27,707 nucleotides of DNA from a virus (taxonomy: Duplodnaviria > Caudoviricetes): positions 1 to 27,707 of IMG/VR virus record IMGVR_UViG_3300044911_002548. The stretch is one strand, 5' to 3'. A program made the translations under genes and the position numbers. Below the pieces are notes generated by a model. That model was not told where the DNA came from and made no database searches. It worked only from the letters and a program-made list of their open reading frames with translations. Positions 1 to 9,029 of the stretch are shown here, one piece after another (the first letter of the stretch is position 1; each line of letters starts with the position of its first letter).

Positions 1-1401
1 CTTTTTGGCGGAGCTAAAATTTTAGTTCAAAGCGGCGGCGCAAAACAGATTCTGTCTGTCAATGCTATCACGAATGCCACGCATATGACAATTGCAAGCC
101 TGCCAGCTTTCTCTGCTTCTGGAATCGATTATAAAGTTCCTCCTGTAGGTTTAGCTTATAACATAGATTATCCAAAGTATAAGTTGATTTTGGCAGACTC
201 TTCAGCAAATGCTACAAACAAATTTGCGGTGAGTGGCGGCAGAATTATAGGAGAAAGATCAGGAGCAACTGCAAATATCGCTTCTATCGATAGCTATCCT
301 GTTGATAACTTTAAGCCTTCATTCTTAATCGGCAATCCTTCTGGATCTACATTTACTCTTAACTATAAGATTGCCAACTCTGCGAATCAGTTGTCTTCTA
401 CATCAACAAACATTAATCTTCTTCAAATGAATGATACGTCGGCGACAGGATATATCTTATCTCGCTCAGTCGAAGTTGATACCTCAAAGAGCTCGAATCT
501 TTTTGGAGACAGAAGAAAATCAGTTGTCGCGAATCTAAATATTGCTGTGAGCAGTGCCGAAATCGACCGCTTCAGCGTTCCTTATGCAACGACTCGCGAA
601 CTTGACTTCTACTTCTATCAGAACGACATCAACAACGTTTACACAGAAACAAGAACAGTAGGACTTAGCAGCATTGCTAGTTATGATACAGAAACTGGCG
701 CAAACGGCCTTGCTAAATCGAAGTATCTTTCAAAAGTTATTAGATTTGCCCAAGACAAATATGCAGAAGATATCGTAGTATATCTGACAGGATATCGTCC
801 AGCTGGAACAGAAATCAAAGTCTATGCAAAAGTTCATAACGCGGCAGACAGAGAATCATTCCAAAGTAAAGCGTGGACTCCGCTTGTATTAAAAGATAAT
901 ATCGATCGCTTTAGCTCGACAGATCCAAATGACTTCTACGAGTTTACATATGGATTTGATACTGCTCCTGAACTTCAAGTCGCTCTTCCAGGAACTGGAT
1001 CAATTACATCTGGTTCGAATACAATTACTACAACAAGCGATCATTCGGCGACAGTGACTGCTGGCGACTTGATTCGAATCAAAGATCAAGACTTTGGTAA
1101 TCATGAAGTGTTCGTGGTCTCGGCAGCAAATACTACTGCGATCAGCACATATCGAAACATTACAACTTCAAGTCTCGTGTCGGCCGGAGTTACAAGATCA
1201 GATATTGTTATCGATAAACTGAAGTACAGAAATATTGCATGGAACAATGTTGAAAATGATAACACTGTAAGATATGTCAACTCAGAATATGTAGAGTTCG
1301 ATCGCTATACATCGATGCAAATTAAGATCGTTCTTCTTGCAACGCAATCTCACATTGTTCCAAAGGTAGAGGCTATTCAGGTTATCGGAGTTTCCGCATA
1401 A
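1..1401 (+). CDS. Large virion structural protein, C-terminal part (VrlC/DUF4815-like protein of T4-like phages); 5'-truncated by the window
   Basis: Frame is open from base 1 (LFGGAKILVQSGG...) to TAA at 1399-1401. Motifs SKYLSKVIRF..AEDIVVYLTGYRPAGTEIKVYAK and terminal MQIKIVLL...VPKVEAIQVI resemble the C-terminus of this family. The stop overlaps the next ATG (TAATG). Confidence 0.7.
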   Translation, partial: LFGGAKILVQSGGAKQILSVNAITNATHMTIASLPAFSASGIDYKVPPVGLAYNIDYPKYKLILADSSANATNKFAVSGGRIIGERSGATANIASIDSYPVDNFKPSFLIGNPSGSTFTLNYKIANSANQLSSTSTNINLLQMNDTSATGYILSRSVEVDTSKSSNLFGDRRKSVVANLNIAVSSAEIDRFSVPYATTRELDFYFYQNDINNVYTETRTVGLSSIASYDTETGANGLAKSKYLSKVIRFAQDKYAEDIVVYLTGYRPAGTEIKVYAKVHNAADRESFQSKAWTPLVLKDNIDRFSSTDPNDFYEFTYGFDTAPELQVALPGTGSITSGSNTITTTSDHSATVTAGDLIRIKDQDFGNHEVFVVSAANTTAISTYRNITTSSLVSAGVTRSDIVIDKLKYRNIAWNNVENDNTVRYVNSEYVEFDRYTSMQIKIVLLATQSHIVPKVEAIQVIGVSA

Positions 1402-1610
1402 TGTTAGTCAAGACTGAAACTGATGGATTCATGAAAGATACTTCTACTGGAGCTTTCATAAATACAGACGATGCATCTTATGCAAAGTTTGTAGCAGAGA
1501 GATCGAAAGCGAAGAATAGCAAAGAGCTATCGAATAGAATCAGTGCAGTCGAAGACGATCTCAAAGAAATTAAAACTCTACTCTTACAAGTAGTGAATGG
1601 AAGAAATTAA
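1401..1610 (+). CDS. Small conserved T4-like phage protein with coiled-coil C-terminus, usually found after VrlC-like genes
   Basis: 69 aa. KDTSTGAFINTD motif followed by heptad-like RISAVEDDLKEIKTLL. Translationally coupled on both sides (TAATG). Confidence 0.7.
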   Translation: MLVKTETDGFMKDTSTGAFINTDDASYAKFVAERSKAKNSKELSNRISAVEDDLKEIKTLLLQVVNGRN

Positions 1611-3664
1611 TGTCAAGACCAGTAGCTAATGTTGATGTAATTACCGACTCGTTCGAGGTTTGGCTCCTCGAGACCAATGAACTTCTTCACGCGCTTTCGA
1701 CAGAAATCATCACTGCAAATAGCACGTATGCAAACACGGGTAACACTGCGTTTCCAAGAACAGCTCAGCTATACGGAACATTCGGGGCTAATAATCTCGT
1801 CGTAACAAACTGGATGAAAGGCGGAAACGTCAACGGTTCGTTTGCGAATCTCATGATCAGTACGAACACTGTTCTGAGCAACGTGACATCGACCGAAATT
1901 CGTCTGGAAGTTGCCAATGGTTCTTCGAACACATTCATGTGGCAGTACGGTCTACATGCTGGTTTGACTGGTGCAAACCTTGTCGCTAACACAACGAAGC
2001 TGACGATTCAGTCGAACTCGACCACGAATACAACAGCAACTGCATTCGCAGTTGTTGCCGCGAATAGCACTAACACTGCTACGATGAATCCAATTAGCTT
2101 TAGCACTGGATTGTTTGTAGCGAACACGATTCAGATTACATTAGGTGCCAATGTCACTGCTAATGCCACGAATGGTGGTACGATCCAAGTCACAGGATCC
2201 GGAGCAGTAGGTAACAGTGTATCAAATAGCAGCGGCCTATATGTAGGCAATACTGTTACGAACAGTCAGATGACGAGTGTTCGATTCTTTGCCGCAGAAG
2301 GTAGCAATACCGTACTCGCAAACAATCAGATCATTAGCATTGCCAATACAACATCATCTGCAAATATTGATCCTATCAGTTTCAAGACAGGCATCTTTAC
2401 AGCTAACACCATTCAAGTTTCACTTGGTGCCAATGTCACTGCGAATGCTACCAACGGCGGCACGATCCAAGTAACAGGAACTGGTACGGTCGGCAATACG
2501 GTTGCAAATAGTAGTGGCCTGCATGTAGGTAATACTTTAAACTCTTCACAAGTCACATCAGTTCGTTTCCTTGCATCTGAAGGTTCAAACACCACTCTTG
2601 CAAATACTCGAATCATTAGCATCGCTAACTCGAGTGCCACTGCAAACATCGAACCGAACGCATTTAAAACTGGCATCTTTACTGCCAATACTATTCAGAT
2701 CTCGCTCGGCGCAAACGTCACGGCAAATGCTACCAATGGTGGTACAGTGCAAATCACTGGAACAGGTGCGATTGGTAACGTTGTAGCAAATAGTAGCGGA
2801 GTATTTGTAGGTAATACGCTTAACGCTTCTGAGTTAACATCGCTTCGATTCTTCACCGCAGAAGGTAGTAATACCGTTTTAGCGAATACTCGAATTGTTA
2901 GCATTGTCAACTCAACGTCGACATCTAACGTTACACCGACAGGATTCTTTGCAGGTATTGTTACTGCTAACCAAACAGTTGTTGCAGTCGGAGCGAATGT
3001 CGTTGCAAATGCTACTACGGTTCTTGTTGGGAATGCAACGTTTAATACGGCGATTGGTAATGGATCGATCACTGCATCTGCGAATCTTACCATTACGCCG
3101 ACAAGCCATCTTGTTGTTGTAGGTGCTGCGACAGTCAGTTCGAACGTTGCTCTTGCAAATACGCTGACGGTTACAGGAAATACGAATCTTTCGAATACGC
3201 TCACTGTAACTGGAGCTACAACGCTTTCGAGTACTCTTGGAGTAACAGGAGCAACTGCTCTAGCGAATACGCTCGCAGTGACTGGTCCTGCTACACATGC
3301 AAACATCGTGACTTTCAAGACTGAGCACGTAGTTGATATCTTTGCAAACGGAAATCTTGGAGCTACGACTGGTTCAGATCTTCTTGTCTTCGAATATCCA
3401 AAGGCAGACTATAGCACTGCTAAACTTCTCATTCAATTGAAAAATGCTGGTAATACACAGATCTCTGAAGTACTACTTGCTCATGATAATTCGACTGCGC
3501 AGCTTACAACATATGGTACGGTTTCTTCACCTGTTGCAGCTAATTCCGGAGTCAGCTTACTTGGTACTTTCTCTGCGAACGTGGCTACTGCAAACGTAAG
3601 AGTATATGTCAATCAAACAAGATCTAGCACGGCTGCAAAAGTTGTTGCTCAATTCATTAAGTAA
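1610..3664 (+). CDS. Tail fibre/virion structural protein with three 94-aa internal repeats
   Basis: 684 aa, rich in N/T/A/S. N-terminal DSFEVWLLETNEL anchor-like motif. C-terminal YSTAKLLIQ...QISEVLLAHD...TTYG domain is typical of T4-like (cyanophage-type) fibre proteins. Confidence 0.75.
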   Translation: MSRPVANVDVITDSFEVWLLETNELLHALSTEIITANSTYANTGNTAFPRTAQLYGTFGANNLVVTNWMKGGNVNGSFANLMISTNTVLSNVTSTEIRLEVANGSSNTFMWQYGLHAGLTGANLVANTTKLTIQSNSTTNTTATAFAVVAANSTNTATMNPISFSTGLFVANTIQITLGANVTANATNGGTIQVTGSGAVGNSVSNSSGLYVGNTVTNSQMTSVRFFAAEGSNTVLANNQIISIANTTSSANIDPISFKTGIFTANTIQVSLGANVTANATNGGTIQVTGTGTVGNTVANSSGLHVGNTLNSSQVTSVRFLASEGSNTTLANTRIISIANSSATANIEPNAFKTGIFTANTIQISLGANVTANATNGGTVQITGTGAIGNVVANSSGVFVGNTLNASELTSLRFFTAEGSNTVLANTRIVSIVNSTSTSNVTPTGFFAGIVTANQTVVAVGANVVANATTVLVGNATFNTAIGNGSITASANLTITPTSHLVVVGAATVSSNVALANTLTVTGNTNLSNTLTVTGATTLSSTLGVTGATALANTLAVTGPATHANIVTFKTEHVVDIFANGNLGATTGSDLLVFEYPKADYSTAKLLIQLKNAGNTQISEVLLAHDNSTAQLTTYGTVSSPVAANSGVSLLGTFSANVATANVRVYVNQTRSSTAAKVVAQFIK
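2120..2965 (+). repeat. Three degenerate 282-bp (94-aa) repeats inside the 684-aa fibre gene
   Basis: ANTIQ(I/V)(T/S)LGANVTANATNGGT(I/V)Q(V/I)TG starts at 2120, 2402 and 2684 (spacing 282 nt). Confidence 0.85.
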
Positions 3665-3672
3665 GGTAATAT

Positions 3673-5397
3673 ATGTCAGGCGCAAATAATAGATTTAAGG
3701 TTGATAACGGTCTAGTTGCTTCTGGCAACGCGATCTTCTATGATCGTGTCGACGTAGAAGCCAACGCGCACTTTAAAAACGACTTGTTTGTTGTATCTGG
3801 TAACCTTGTAGTAAATGGTTCTCTTGTATACGCCAACGTTACCATCGGTCAAGGCGGGGTTCTTCTGATTGCAGATCAGCAGCCACTCGGTAATACTTCA
3901 AACCGTTTCAATGCTTTCGTATTTAATACGACATCTTATGGAACACTACGACCAGATGCAAACGGTGGTGCACTTGGTACTACGACTGCTCGCTTTGATG
4001 TCTTTGCAAACAATATCACCGTTACAAATACGGTGAATTTCCCGAGTGGAGCAGGCGTTAACTCGTCGCTCTATACTGGTACAGCAAGCAATGCTAACAC
4101 CGTATACAATATCTCGGCGAATGGTATCGTAGTCAGAACTGGTACAGGAACAGGTACTACGGTATCGATTGCTTCTACGAACGGCATTAGCGTAACAAAC
4201 GGCAACGGCGTTTCTGGAAATCCTACGATTAGTTTTGTAGCGAATGCTGGTTTAACAGTAAACGCGGCAGGCGTATTTGTTGATGCATCTGCTATTACTG
4301 TCGGTACACTTCCTACATCTCGGGGCGGTACAGGCGGATCGATCAATAACCTTCTACCTACACAATCTGCTGGAACAACAGGTTTCGTCCTTGCATCAAG
4401 TGGAGCGACAGCTAACTTGGTGTGGACGCAACTTGCTGGACCTCAAGGTGCGCAAGGTGCAACTGGTGCTCAAGGTGCACAAGGATCTACCGGTTCTCAA
4501 GGACCAACTGGTGCTCAAGGCGCAGCTTCGACAGTTCCTGGTCCACAAGGCGCGCAAGGAATAACTGGTTCCCAGGGTCCACAGGGAACAACTGGTTCTC
4601 AAGGACCACAAGGACCTTCGGTTCAAGGACCGACGGGACCACAAGGTGCACAAGGAATTATCGGACCTCAGGGACCGCAAGGAACAACTGGTGCTCAAGG
4701 TGCTGCTTCAACCGTTGCCGGTCCTCAAGGCGCCCAAGGTTTGCAAGGTATCCAAGGACCACAGGGACCGCAAGGCCTTACAGGTGCACAAGGTGCAGCA
4801 TCTTCAGTTGCTGGTCCTCAAGGTGCTCAAGGATTACAAGGCGCTCAAGGTGCAACTGGTCCTCAAGGATCTCCTGGAATAAACGGAGCACAAGGTGCAA
4901 CTGGTGCTCAAGGCGCGGCAGGTTCAAGTATAACAGGTGCTCAAGGTGCAACCGGACCACAAGGTGCCCAAGGAAGTGCATCTGGTGCTGTCGCGCCTAT
5001 TCTAAGACACGTCACCGCAGGATTTACAAGTGGCGGCCAAGTTTTTGTAACAGCGACTCAACCTACTGCTTCAGCGGCTGGTGATATCTGGATTGACACT
5101 GCAGGAACTACAGGATATACACAAAGTCTCTCGTCAAATGGATGGACTAAGTTGCCAAACGGAGCAATTATTCAGTGGGGAACAGTAACTGTTACTCCAA
5201 ATACTACAGGATCTGGATCATTTCCAACATCGTTCACCGCGGTTGCCCGAGCTGTGATGAATGGCGTAGGAGATACAGGCGTATTTGGACAGGCTTCTAA
5301 AGGTGCAACCATTTTTAGTGTATCAACAACTGGTTTCAGTTGGTTTAACGGAGATGAAAGTTCTCATACCGGTTACTGGTTAGCAATGGGATATTAA
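3673..5397 (+). CDS. Tail fibre with collagen-like Gly-X-Gln segment and gp53-like C-terminal tip domain
   Basis: 574 aa. RBS-like AAGGT upstream. GPQ/GAQ triplets at about 4438-4974. C-terminal [14 protein letters not shown]...FPTSF...GFSW...YWLAMGY is the common tail-fibre tip motif. Followed by a Tfa-like chaperone. Confidence 0.85.
   Translation: MSGANNRFKVDNGLVASGNAIFYDRVDVEANAHFKNDLFVVSGNLVVNGSLVYANVTIGQGGVLLIADQQPLGNTSNRFNAFVFNTTSYGTLRPDANGGALGTTTARFDVFANNITVTNTVNFPSGAGVNSSLYTGTASNANTVYNISANGIVVRTGTGTGTTVSIASTNGISVTNGNGVSGNPTISFVANAGLTVNAAGVFVDASAITVGTLPTSRGGTGGSINNLLPTQSAGTTGFVLASSGATANLVWTQLAGPQGAQGATGAQGAQGSTGSQGPTGAQGAASTVPGPQGAQGITGSQGPQGTTGSQGPQGPSVQGPTGPQGAQGIIGPQGPQGTTGAQGAASTVAGPQGAQGLQGIQGPQGPQGLTGAQGAASSVAGPQGAQGLQGAQGATGPQGSPGINGAQGATGAQGAAGSSITGAQGATGPQGAQGSASGAVAPILRHVTAGFTSGGQVFVTATQPTASAAGDIWIDTAGTTGYTQSLSSNGWTKLPNGAIIQWGTVTVTPNTTGSGSFPTSFTAVARAVMNGVGDTGVFGQASKGATIFSVSTTGFSWFNGDESSHTGYWLAMGY
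4438..4974 (+). repeat. Collagen-like (G-X-Y, mostly GAQ/GPQ) coding repeat
   Basis: Runs of ggNgcNcaa/ggNccNcaa with short interruptions (ASTV, SV, ASSV, SSI). Confidence 0.9.
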
Positions 5398-5401
5398 TAA
5401 A

Positions 5402-5773
5402 ATGACAATTTACTACAGCCCAACAACAAAAGGTTTTTACGATACTGATTTTGGGTATCCGTCATTGCCGCAAGATATTGTTGAAATTACCGCAGAGCAA
5501 CACCAGCAGTTTCTCCATGGTATGAATATGCAAAATAAAGAATTGGTTTTATCACAAGGAAATCTTGTTTTGCAAGATCGAGTCGTGGTAATTACTTGGG
5601 AACAAATTAGATCGAAAAGAAATAATCTTCTAGCTTTATCTGACTATACTCAAATGGCAGATTGGCCTGGAGATAAAACTGCTTGGGCTACATATCGTCA
5701 AACTTTAAGAGATCTTCCTCAGACTTATACAAATGCAGCAGACGTTGTTTGGCCATCTAAGCCAGGAGAATAA
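5402..5773 (+). CDS. Tail fibre assembly chaperone (Tfa/Phage_tail_APC-like)
   Basis: 123 aa. MTIYYSPTTKGFY N-terminus and WEQIRSKRNNLLALSDYTQMAD..WATYRQTLRDLPQ..VVWPSKP C-terminus are characteristic. Lies directly after the fibre gene. Confidence 0.85.
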   Translation: MTIYYSPTTKGFYDTDFGYPSLPQDIVEITAEQHQQFLHGMNMQNKELVLSQGNLVLQDRVVVITWEQIRSKRNNLLALSDYTQMADWPGDKTAWATYRQTLRDLPQTYTNAADVVWPSKPGE

Positions 5774-5776
5774 TAA

Positions 5777-6220
5777 GTGCCGCTAACGTTCCTATCTGCT
5801 AAACCTGTTAAATATTGGAACGGCTCGTCGTGGGTCGGGAGCCAAGATTTTGCCGCCGTTAAAATGTGGAATGGATCTACGTGGCAATATGTAGGAATAC
5901 GTCCGTATGCAGATGTAGCCTTAGTTACTTTTAGTCCCGTGGGCGGCACAATATCATCTCCGACTTTTGACACTGCCGAAGCGTATGGTTCCCAAGCAGG
6001 TTATACTATCACAGCTTCTTCAAGCGTAGTTTGGACTTATACTGGAGGAGATGGATTTAGTGGATACGCCAGTGTTGCAAGTGGAGGAAGTGCTTCATCA
6101 ATTGAACTTGTAGCAGCTTATACAGGTGGTTTCAATGAACAAACGTTTAACGTATCAGCATCAAATGGTGCAGAAACTAAATATTGGGTGATAACTGTAA
6201 CATCTTATAGTTTTGAATAA
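5777..6220 (+). CDS. Putative small virion/fibre-associated protein
   Basis: 147 aa. GTG start with GGAG upstream. N-terminal duplicated KYWNGSSW/KMWNGSTW, then a beta-rich (Ig-like?) region. Confidence 0.6.
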   Translation: MPLTFLSAKPVKYWNGSSWVGSQDFAAVKMWNGSTWQYVGIRPYADVALVTFSPVGGTISSPTFDTAEAYGSQAGYTITASSSVVWTYTGGDGFSGYASVASGGSASSIELVAAYTGGFNEQTFNVSASNGAETKYWVITVTSYSFE

Positions 6221-6238
6221 ACATAGCGGAAGAATTAA

Positions 6239-6568
6239 ATGGCACTGAAAGCAAATATCATTATCGATCAAGGCACTTCATTTGCTACGTCTATTGATGT
6301 GACTGATGAAAATGGTAACATCGTAAATCTTACAGGATTTACAGGTGCCGCTCAGATGCGTAAGCATTATACTTCGACCGCTCAAACCGCATTTACAGTT
6401 TCGATTACTGCTGTGACTGGCGTCGTCGCTCTTTCGATGTCGGCAAATACCACAAATGGCCTTACAGCCGGAAGATACGTATATGACTGTGAGTTGACTG
6501 ATGGCAGCGGAACAGTTTCTCGTCTTGTTGAAGGTATCGTCACAGTTACACCAGGAGTTACAAGATAA
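6239..6568 (+). CDS. Conserved T4-like phage beta-sandwich structural/adaptor protein
   Basis: 109 aa. NIIIDQGTSF...NLTGFTGAAQMRKHY...GRYVYDCEL...RLVEGIVTVTPGVT is a pattern common in T4-like tail regions. Confidence 0.75.
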   Translation: MALKANIIIDQGTSFATSIDVTDENGNIVNLTGFTGAAQMRKHYTSTAQTAFTVSITAVTGVVALSMSANTTNGLTAGRYVYDCELTDGSGTVSRLVEGIVTVTPGVTR

Positions 6569-6813
6569 TGGCAGGTGCATCTCGTTTAGTCGCTACAATT
6601 ACAAATAACAACGGCAGATTATCATCTGCTGGTCCTATTACTCTGAAAAATCAAATTCAAGAAATACGAAGTATTGAAAACATACTCGACGTCAGCGTCG
6701 TTGAAGCCGCCAATGGCGCTACATTAATCTACAATTCTCAAAATGATAAATATGAGGTGAGACAACTGTCATTCGCGGATCTAGCAGTAGATCTCGACGG
6801 CGGATCATTTTAA
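6568..6813 (+). CDS. Small fibre-associated protein ending in LDGGSF
   Basis: 81 aa, coupled by TAATG. Contains LDVSVVEAANGATLIYNSQNDKY and the terminal DGGxF motif. Confidence 0.65.
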   Translation: MAGASRLVATITNNNGRLSSAGPITLKNQIQEIRSIENILDVSVVEAANGATLIYNSQNDKYEVRQLSFADLAVDLDGGSF

Positions 6814-6831
6814 CCTAAAAGGAATAGCCAA

Positions 6832-8781
6832 ATGGCAGACAATTTAATTCAAATTAAAAGGTCGTTAACGACAGCTGATGCGCCAACATTAGCTAACGGT
6901 GAATTAGCGTTTACAGCAAATGGCGATCACTTATTTATTGGTTCGAATGGTGCTTCGATCACCATTGCCGGTAAATTTAATCCTGGTATACTGACCGCCA
7001 ACCAAGCACTCGTTGCGAATGGTACCTCTGGTATCGACAAGATTATTGTTGCTAACGCTGTTGTGACAACAGTTACAGCCAATGGTTCGACGGGTACCAA
7101 CGGACAAGTACTGAGTTCAAATGGAACAGCCGCTTATTGGGAAACTCCTACTTCTGGCGTATCTGGTTCAAATACACAAGTTCAATTTAATAATTCTGGC
7201 GCATTAGCCGGAGACGCAGACTTTACGTTTGATAATACCAATAATAAACTGTCTGTTGCCGGCGGCGTTCTTGCTGGCTCTGGCGGTAACTTCGTCGTTG
7301 GTTCTAATTCTTTTGTTGCGAATGCCACCGGTGTATTCTCTACAGGCACCGTGAACGCAGCGATTGTGAGTGTTGGTACGGCGTTCGTAGCAAATGCCAC
7401 ACAGATCAATATTGGAACTAACGTTGCTCTTAATGCAAATGGCACAAATGGTACTGCAGGACAAGTTCTTGCATCGAACGGAACAGCTGTATACTGGGTA
7501 ACACCTCAAGATGGTGATATTACATCAGTCGTAGCCGGTTCTGGTCTTACTGGTGGCGGTACATCTGGCGAGGTAACTCTTGATGTTGGTGCTGGTAACG
7601 GTATCAGCGTCTCTGCAGACGCGATTGCTGTAGTTGCAAATAGCGGTCTTGCTTCAAATACCTCAGGCGTACACGTTATTGCAAATAACGGTCTATCTGC
7701 AAACGCAACAGGCGTTTTTGTTGTTGCCGGAGCTGGTATTGCTTCGAACGCAACAGGTGTGCATGTCGTATCTGGTAACGGTACGATTGTTTCGAATACC
7801 TCGGGCGTTTATGTCAATGCTGCTGCACTTTCAATTGCCACATCGCAACTTTCAGGCGACGTTGCTCTTGGTTCGGGTACATCAGGCGACTATGTTGCTA
7901 CTATCACAGCTGGTAACGGTATTTCTGGATCCTCATCTGGTGAAGGTGGTGCAGCCACGATTGCTGTTGTAGCAAACAACGGTATTGTATCGAATACTTC
8001 AGGCGTCTTTGCCAAAGCTGCTAACGGTATTTCTGTTGATGGCGCTGGTATCAACGTTGTTGGCGGTGATGGTCTTACAGCTAACGCGACTGGAGTTCAT
8101 GTTGGTGCTGCTAACGGTATTAATGTCACTGCAGATGCAGTTGGCCTTACCACTGGTTCAACACTCACGGTCAACTCTGCTGGACTCCATGTTAATACTG
8201 CACTCTCGATTACAGATCTTTCTCTTTCCGGAAATCTGACTGTTCTCGGTACGCTTTCGACAATCGATACTACCAACCTGACAGTCCAAGATTCGCTGAT
8301 CGAGCTTGCAAACGGAAACGCAACAACCGACATTCTTGATATCGGTCTTTATGGTCAATACGGTGCCACTGGAGCTAAATATACCGGTCTTTTCCGTGAT
8401 GCTACAGATGGCGTTTATAAGCTCTTTGCTGGTTCTCAAACAGAACCTACAACAACTGTAGACACTGCAGCAGCCGGTTATACTACTGCTACATTACAAG
8501 CATTCCTAAACTCTGGTGGTTTGGTTTCGAACGCGACTAACGTTACTCTTACTGCGAACTCGACACTCGCGGTTGGTATCACAGCGAATACATTGAGTCT
8601 TTCGACTGCACTGCCTGGAACAAGCGGTGGTACTGGACTCGCGACTGTTACTGCAGAAGACATTTTAGTTGCTAACTCTTCGAACGGTTTTAGAAAATTA
8701 GCTGTTGGCTCTACTGGATTCGTGCTTCAGTCTAACGGTACAGCAGTTGTATACGCAACCCTCGACGGCGGGACATTCTAA
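6832..8781 (+). CDS. Tail fibre protein (Mtd-N-like N-terminus, ends LDGGTF)
   Basis: 649 aa. RBS AAGGA. N-terminal IQIKRS...LANGELAF...LFIG. Repeated GQVLxSNG..YW and xANNGLxxNxxG modules. Confidence 0.8.
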   Translation: MADNLIQIKRSLTTADAPTLANGELAFTANGDHLFIGSNGASITIAGKFNPGILTANQALVANGTSGIDKIIVANAVVTTVTANGSTGTNGQVLSSNGTAAYWETPTSGVSGSNTQVQFNNSGALAGDADFTFDNTNNKLSVAGGVLAGSGGNFVVGSNSFVANATGVFSTGTVNAAIVSVGTAFVANATQINIGTNVALNANGTNGTAGQVLASNGTAVYWVTPQDGDITSVVAGSGLTGGGTSGEVTLDVGAGNGISVSADAIAVVANSGLASNTSGVHVIANNGLSANATGVFVVAGAGIASNATGVHVVSGNGTIVSNTSGVYVNAAALSIATSQLSGDVALGSGTSGDYVATITAGNGISGSSSGEGGAATIAVVANNGIVSNTSGVFAKAANGISVDGAGINVVGGDGLTANATGVHVGAANGINVTADAVGLTTGSTLTVNSAGLHVNTALSITDLSLSGNLTVLGTLSTIDTTNLTVQDSLIELANGNATTDILDIGLYGQYGATGAKYTGLFRDATDGVYKLFAGSQTEPTTTVDTAAAGYTTATLQAFLNSGGLVSNATNVTLTANSTLAVGITANTLSLSTALPGTSGGTGLATVTAEDILVANSSNGFRKLAVGSTGFVLQSNGTAVVYATLDGGTF

Positions 8782-8784
8782 TTT

Positions 8785-8976
8785 ATGGAAGCTGAATTTG
8801 TAAATGAGTACATCAATCGATTACTCGCGAGTGTACATGATCTTACAAGTAAGAACATCATGCTAGAAACAAGACTGGTCATGGCCGATAAAACCATGAC
8901 CAGTCTTCAAGCAAAAATTGTTGATCTTGAAAAGCTTGGAAATAAAAATAAAAAAGCTGAAGATACTTCTGTATAA
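8785..8976 (+). CDS. Small coiled-coil protein (possible fibre chaperone)
   Basis: 63 aa with a heptad-like pattern, 3 nt after the previous stop. Confidence 0.6.
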   Translation: MEAEFVNEYINRLLASVHDLTSKNIMLETRLVMADKTMTSLQAKIVDLEKLGNKNKKAEDTSV

Positions 8977-8979
8977 ATA
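8972..8979 (+). promoter_or_regulatory. T4-type late promoter (TATAAATA)
   Basis: Exact T4 gp55 late consensus at the start of an intergenic gap, about 50 nt upstream of ATG 9030. Confidence 0.75.
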
Positions 8980-9029
8980 GAATATTAGGGGTTACATAAC
9001 CGCTTCGTTGCTCTATATAGAGGTTGAGA

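Noticed and set aside
1457-1464. CATAAATA as a late promoter
   Set aside because: It has one mismatch and lies inside a translationally coupled gene, so chance occurrence is likely.
4071-5084. Cys/Arg-rich or Leu/Val/Lys-rich overlapping ORFs across the collagen segments (also at 9541-9906 and 26629-26930)
   Set aside because: Off-frame translations of GAQ repeats, without RBS or independent features.
8990-9001. Small hairpin GGTTACATAACC in the intergenic gap
   Set aside because: The stem is only 4-5 bp with no U-tract, too weak to call a terminator.
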